A DNA stretch of 64,000 bases, from NCBI GenBank assembly GCA_016930515.1, contig JAFGGO010000129.1:1-64000 (forward strand), written 5' to 3'. A program made the translations under genes and the position numbers. Positions 59,601-64,000 of the stretch are shown here, one piece after another (positions within the stretch are counted from its first letter, which is position 1; every line of letters begins with the position of its first letter). The notes beneath the pieces were generated by a model that searched no databases, was not told the DNA's origin, and saw only the letters and a list, made by a program, of their open reading frames with translations. The stretch is from Promethearchaeota archaeon (GTDB lineage Archaea > Asgardarchaeota > Lokiarchaeia > Sigyniarchaeales > SOKP01).

Positions 59601-61829
59601 GCCCGCAATTAAATTCACGTGACATCCAATTGCGTGCTTACTAGAAGGATTTATAGAACTACTAGATATGAATGAATTAATACTAGTCCCAGGAAGTAAT
59701 TCATCTATCCAAGCTTCAATTGCCACATCAATGTTGATCCTTCCATATCCCTCATGTATATCTTTTCCCCCACGATCAAGAAAAGGGCTGTTATTTGGTG
59801 AAAGTTCTCTTTGTAATGGAAATGTTTCCGTAGCACTCATAAGCAATAGTGCTTTAATGGTTTTTGCCTGTAGAGCAGAATATGACCAATTTTTAATGCC
59901 CCCCATTGCGTTTATCAACAAGTTTACCGATCCTGCGACCGCTGGAGTAGCCATGGATGTTCCCGATGCCTCGTATAGATCGTTTGTATATCCATCGAGA
60001 TATTTTCCTTCTACATCGTTGTCGTTTGTATCGGCGGAAAAAATGCCACCTGTAAATAGGCTCCCTCCAGGCGCCACAATATCTGGTTTTGTTGTAGAAA
60101 ATCCGAAAGAACGCCCACCAGAACTACTATAGCTCGTTACTTGATCTTTTTTATTCATTGCAGCAACTGTAATAACATTATCTGCCAAACCTGGGCTACC
60201 AATATTATTTAAGTTAAACCAACCACCATCATTTCCAGCAGCAACAACAACAACTAATCCATTTTCAACAGCATCGTCAACAGCTTTAAGCAAGGCTAAA
60301 TTCAACCATATTGATCCAAGGCTCATCGATAGCGTCGTGATGTTGTAAATTTCCTTGTTAACAACAGCCCATTCAATTCCACCAATGATATCGGAATAAA
60401 ATCCAAATCCCATGCTATTTAGAACCTTAATACCAACAAGGTTCGCATTGGGTGCAACTCCCTTCCAAGGATCTCCACATCCATATAATGCAGGAACAAT
60501 ATAAGGTTTATATACCTCCATTGCGTAGGAAAATTCAATCCCATCAACATAATAATCTTCATTTCCATCAACGAATATATTTTGTATTTTTATTTCATAA
60601 GAGCCAAATGTGCTTGTAGTTACATCATAACTCAAATTTCCATCCCAATTATTTGATAGACTCTCAAAAGAATCTAAAATCATATTTTCGTGAAGTAGGA
60701 AAACCTTTATATAAAACTCGTCAGGTGATGCAGCAGAAGTATTAATCTTGCAATGGACATCAATTGCTCCCTCTTTAAAGACATCAAATCTTTTTACGAT
60801 CCACCCATTGCTACCTTCAACTCCGTAAGAATTAGAGACAACATTTCCTGAAGTTTCAACGAGTCTTCCATAATTATCAAGATTAGGAACACCCTGACCT
60901 GCCGCTATTCCTGCACAATGGGTACCATGCCCGTTATCGTCGTAAGGTTCATCTAGATCGTTGACAAAGTCCTTCCATCCCACTATTTTAAAACTTGCGG
61001 TAGTATTAGAATATCCCGGAGCAAAAGAATTGTGTGAATCGTCAATACCTGTATCTAAGATCGCTATGGAACTATATTCATCACCCTTAAAATCGAGATC
61101 GTTCCATACATAGGGTCTTAAATTCATATTTCGCGTAGTATCGTAAATATTACACTTAACAACAGAATCGTGCTCAACCAAAAAAGGTATCCCTTTCAAT
61201 TTCAAATTTTCGCAATATTTCAATAAAGAGCAGTAATCTATCGTTCCCGCAAATCCATTTAAGACTTCTTTAAATATTGTCTTCGTTTTACCATTATAAT
61301 CGCTAAATAATGTGTAATATTCTTCAAATTCACTATTTGGAAAGTGAACTATTACTGGGACTTCTTCTTCCGAAATAATTTCGGTGTCGTCTGAAAACGC
61401 TTTTATTTGGTCATTCAAAATGTTAGTTAGAAGTCTTTTTTCATCGCGTGTTCTTAATGTTTTAGAAGTGTTTATTTTTTGTTCTAAAACATCACTAATT
61501 CCATTTTTGTTTATATCCTCCACTTGTTGGATGCTTTCAGTCCATTTTTCAAATCCTAGATGAGAATAGAGGGGATAAGTATCAAAAGGAGATTCCATTG
61601 AAGCATCATTTACCTTGTTTGACAAGGATCCTGGAGTAAAATCATTAAAATCATTTTCGTAATTATCTATTAATTGAGGATTTATTGAAATTTCGTCTTT
61701 ATTTGGATCATTAATTTCACTGGGTTTGTTATTTGTAAATATTTGATAAAAAAAAGTATTTTTATACGGAGACGCAATACAGAATAATATCCCTAATATT
61801 AAGATAATTGATTTTTTTTTTTGTTTCAT
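56694..61829 (-). CDS. Secreted subtilisin-like (S8) protease with repeats, PKD domain and C-terminal membrane anchor
   Basis: ILDTGID, HGTHCAG, AAGN, GTSMATP; WYFGDG PKD; TIPFG-TM-RKKK tail. Confidence 0.92.
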   Translation of the reverse strand: MKQKKKSIILILGILFCIASPYKNTFFYQIFTNNKPSEINDPNKDEISINPQLIDNYENDFNDFTPGSLSNKVNDASMESPFDTYPLYSHLGFEKWTESIQQVEDINKNGISDVLEQKINTSKTLRTRDEKRLLTNILNDQIKAFSDDTEIISEEEVPVIVHFPNSEFEEYYTLFSDYNGKTKTIFKEVLNGFAGTIDYCSLLKYCENLKLKGIPFLVEHDSVVKCNIYDTTRNMNLRPYVWNDLDFKGDEYSSIAILDTGIDDSHNSFAPGYSNTTASFKIVGWKDFVNDLDEPYDDNGHGTHCAGIAAGQGVPNLDNYGRLVETSGNVVSNSYGVEGSNGWIVKRFDVFKEGAIDVHCKINTSAASPDEFYIKVFLLHENMILDSFESLSNNWDGNLSYDVTTSTFGSYEIKIQNIFVDGNEDYYVDGIEFSYAMEVYKPYIVPALYGCGDPWKGVAPNANLVGIKVLNSMGFGFYSDIIGGIEWAVVNKEIYNITTLSMSLGSIWLNLALLKAVDDAVENGLVVVVAAGNDGGWFNLNNIGSPGLADNVITVAAMNKKDQVTSYSSSGGRSFGFSTTKPDIVAPGGSLFTGGIFSADTNDNDVEGKYLDGYTNDLYEASGTSMATPAVAGSVNLLINAMGGIKNWSYSALQAKTIKALLLMSATETFPLQRELSPNNSPFLDRGGKDIHEGYGRINIDVAIEAWIDELLPGTSINSFISSSSINPSSKHAIGCHVNLIAGEQYKFELLVPIDADFDIYLYNSIPTSTGEPILVASSVSSDLGGIEELSYTPSQTGIFFLIVKAISGEGDLTLSIVTNTSEPTLYNGNIVYSGTPTQRDLLTFTVMYLDPDDICPNYVQLSLNGKIYEMWKVNSNDDNYADGCTYQYETYLQPGSYNVTFICKDGRFIKSLVWDTNFVISSAQNDNSPVLSNAGVNPMLGYQGSTIFTFSVDYVDLDNDQPDEIYVIINSTAYSMIKQTPSDNNFMDGCTYEYRSTFIQRGVITYSFICFNGLYSHATNPMTGPKVELGNQYPFDEMYLYYLKKTYCAPTEFENCSFSQISGDLFEETITWTSEDGTPSISYGERNVSRSTRLWSGESFESYGLTGKAHTNNWIFTNVSIRDKIPIFMNSNEGDHEFEVVGETTYKIAGIGELDAWVLKDTENKSEQSVALFEKNTGILLKAMYHTYKVYYYTSYELVSTNAPVVPKPNLNAPLLSEAKKGPSNGNQATEFTFRIIYSDVDNNEPEWIYLIIDGQQYAMNKQDLNDMNYIDGCIYEVKQYFQPGDHPYHFECDDGKFSNVSPEYYLTVAESTNYNEPFLENLRVTPNIGYVDSTFVFTVDYYDLDNNAPEYIIGTVIQGLEFQMIKQDPLDNNYMDGCCYYFSSRLENASEFEIFQVDYSDGSHALTSGQKIFTVKEKFPFNGMNVNYTMTLNIIDMESTTSLFPIKYSVNPDGTCRAHLFYFPDLYDWEFDEKTRRMYFTSRIGLFASNSHTPFWIFNNMSMDENILISVGPEGDHCFKFVDELVCNYPGIGPLEIIVLKDQSIPGSGLVWYERSTGMLLNGTFNYGCGNYYLSLTGTNAEMNLLIFPDFTVDKTIAYVNEPISFSYTGIGGNKISDYLWYFGDGLFSHGQSTTYAYSTPGIYNVTIIVYDDYYYEYYIFTKVAFITINEHTIHIKGGTIPFGDFFILIAFLSIATVILRKKKTIKST

Positions 61830-62047
61830 CTTTAACTTCTCAATATTTTATTCAAATAAAGATATAAGTTTAAAAAAAACGCACAATCTATATAAAATGG
61901 GCTAGTGAATGATTGAACCAGTTAAGTTTTTAATTTCGATATTTGCTTTAGTATTTGATGATCTCTCAATTATCTTAACCAATTATTCTTGAATTACATC
62001 TATCATTAAGTAGATTAAATAAATTAAAAATTAATTAATTCAAGATT

Positions 62048-62692
62048 TTAAAAATAGCTCTCTGTTAAAAAATATAAAGTTTTTTTAGAGGTATTTTTTA
62101 TTGATATTACTCGATATCTTGTTAATATTTCTAGATATTTTTTTACTGTATTTAAGTGCATATTAAGATCCTTGGCGAATTGAGTCTTTGAAACCCCAAA
62201 ATCGTTATTTCTTAAAAATTCAATAATTTGCTTAATTCTTTTTTTTGACAAATAATAAGCTCGTTCTGCAGTTTTTAAAGGAACTGAATCTAAAAAAAAA
62301 ATTTGATGGTTTTCAACCGTGCTTTTTTTAATTAATTCAAATTTTAATAAGATCTTTATGTGCCAGTAGACGACATAATTGCTTAAATTTAATTGAGTCA
62401 CGATTTTATTGAAAAAAATTCCTGGATGTTTTTTGACATGTTCGTATATTCGCCTTCTCTTTTCGTGTTCCAATAGTTCATATTTAGTTAATATCGAACC
62501 TTCTATTACAATATTTTTTTCCATTAAGGAATTAAGTATTTGTTTTATTCCCATAGTATTCACATTTAAGGAATCTTTCAAAGTTGAATTTAAAAACGGT
62601 AGGATATCGTCCATTAGAAATGGGCGATTTTGATCCAAATAATTTAAAACTGAGCGAAAAACTACTTGTTCTTTGTTATTTAACTTTTCCAC
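62048..62692 (-). CDS. Tandem winged-helix transcription regulator
   Basis: RRRIYEHVKKHPG...YWHIKIL; second HTH LNTVKKYLEIL. Confidence 0.8.
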   Translation of the reverse strand: MEKLNNKEQVVFRSVLNYLDQNRPFLMDDILPFLNSTLKDSLNVNTMGIKQILNSLMEKNIVIEGSILTKYELLEHEKRRRIYEHVKKHPGIFFNKIVTQLNLSNYVVYWHIKILLKFELIKKSTVENHQIFFLDSVPLKTAERAYYLSKKRIKQIIEFLRNNDFGVSKTQFAKDLNMHLNTVKKYLEILTRYRVISIKNTSKKTLYFLTESYF

Positions 62693-62714
62693 TTAAAATA
62701 ATCCTCCCTTAATT

Positions 62715-64000
62715 TTAAAGAAATAAATCGTTTTTCCTTGAGTTTTTTAGCTTTAACATGTTATTTAAGATATCCTGCCTCTCTGAAGGAGACAAAAAAA
62801 GCAAATCTCTTATTAAAAGTGATTCTTCTTCAGCGTTTAATTCAAGTAACTTAATTTTTTCCATATAATTATCTTTATCTTTAATTTTAGGCTGTATATT
62901 ACCAATTGGAGTTTTTATATAGGATTTTTTTGTTTTTCTATGTAAAGCATAGGCAATTGGCATTACAACGCTAATCGTAGAACCAATAATAATACTTCCA
63001 AACACGAAAACAATTAAGATTGGGGGATTCTCAACTGAGCTAGTAGTGTAATACGCCCTAAGTGTTGGGTCGTGAACGATTCTATTTCCAGACCAAATGG
63101 GATAATTTTGGGTTTCTATGCTATAAAGGTTTTGAGGATTATTAAAAAAGGGATTGTCAGAAACTAGGTCTTCGAGGGAGAATATAATACTCGAAAATAA
63201 ATCACCCCCAAATTGGGGCCAAAAGTTCTGTTTTAACGAGCTTGTAATTATCTTGGCAACTGTTCCTCCTTGAGAGCTAAATTCTGAGATTTTTCCTAAA
63301 GAGGGATAATCATACAAGGTATAGTTTTGCTTTGCGGGGTTCATCATATCCATTTCTGCAAAATTAATACCACCTATTTCAAAATTAAAGATGTCTGCAC
63401 TTTTAGATACAAGTGATATAACGCTTTCTTCTATTTCAGAAGAGGCAATCAAATACGTGTAATGCGGTATCGACAATCCGCATCCTTTTACTCCGTCATA
63501 AAAGGATTGGTTAGTTATTTGAGGCAAATCTATCGTATAATCCAAGTTTGAGCTAGATCTCCCTATCTCGTAGTTGAACCCAAAACCAAAATCACCAGGT
63601 GAAGCTTGAGAATAGTTTAAATAATCCCATTGATATGTTGCATAATTGTACTTTCCAGCTACATAAACATCATCATCGTATTTCGAAGCGTTCTTGACAT
63701 ATCCATAAATGGGATAGTCGGGATATTCTATATCCCATTTCAAGACATTATTTTCATCTAATGGTGGCGTGAATACGATATTGTTGGAAAGGGCATCTAA
63801 GGTTAAATCATTGGGAAATGAGAAGGAGCCACTTTCTGGAGGCGATTCAAGACTATTATTATTCTTATAATAGGACCATAGGGTGGAAGAAACTGAAATA
63901 GCCATGGGATATATTACGCCTCGACATTCATTTGAGCTTCCGATTGAAACAGCTCCAATACTTCCAGAAGTGTCTGATAAATCTGCGGAATAGATTCCAT
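62715..64000 (-). CDS. Membrane-anchored extracellular protein, 5' end beyond the window
   Basis: Frame is open to the window edge; WSGNRIVHDP, single TM helix and cytoplasmic tail. Confidence 0.7.
   Translation of the reverse strand, partial: GIYSADLSDTSGSIGAVSIGSSNECRGVIYPMAISVSSTLWSYYKNNNSLESPPESGSFSFPNDLTLDALSNNIVFTPPLDENNVLKWDIEYPDYPIYGYVKNASKYDDDVYVAGKYNYATYQWDYLNYSQASPGDFGFGFNYEIGRSSSNLDYTIDLPQITNQSFYDGVKGCGLSIPHYTYLIASSEIEESVISLVSKSADIFNFEIGGINFAEMDMMNPAKQNYTLYDYPSLGKISEFSSQGGTVAKIITSSLKQNFWPQFGGDLFSSIIFSLEDLVSDNPFFNNPQNLYSIETQNYPIWSGNRIVHDPTLRAYYTTSSVENPPILIVFVFGSIIIGSTISVVMPIAYALHRKTKKSYIKTPIGNIQPKIKDKDNYMEKIKLLELNAEEESLLIRDLLFLSPSERQDILNNMLKLKNSRKNDLFL

Noticed and set aside
1-64000. 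Numerous short antisense/overlapping ORFs in the track (e.g. 279-609, 25229-25669, 59668-60132); CRISPR arrays, rRNA, IS elements
   Set aside because: These ORFs are shadows of well-supported genes with no motifs. No spaced direct repeats, rRNA-like sequence, transposase or integrase was seen.

Overview
AT-rich, gene-dense archaeal chromosome segment. It is most consistent with an Asgard archaeon of the Lokiarchaeia type (inference from the archaeal histone, Lsm, roadblock-Rab-like GTPase, RING-H2/TPR, longin-like proteins and IPGY/IPFG-TM-basic C-terminal anchors). Content is mostly central metabolism and cofactor synthesis (POR-type and IOR-type 2-oxoacid:ferredoxin oxidoreductases, LpdA, CoA transferase, ThiC/ThiDN, ComDE), large surface proteins and several eukaryotic-signature proteins. 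Main discovery: the iorB gene is split by a 32-nt insert (38987-39018) whose junctions fold into a textbook bulge-helix-bulge. Canonical BHB cleavage exactly restores the frame and the conserved SQR-x-GSV motif, so this is a candidate tRNA-endonuclease-spliced intron in a metabolic mRNA. A nearby tRNA-Arg(CCU) carries two BHB introns. Other highlights: a circularly permuted PorB; an adaptin mu-homology-domain protein next to a beta-propeller and a longin-like gene; and a comDE / cysteate-synthase-like locus with an RHH regulator, three repeated operator-like sites and two paralogous unannotated Cys-rich peptides. No rRNA, CRISPR array or intact mobile element was seen. All family assignments are by eye; no searches were run.
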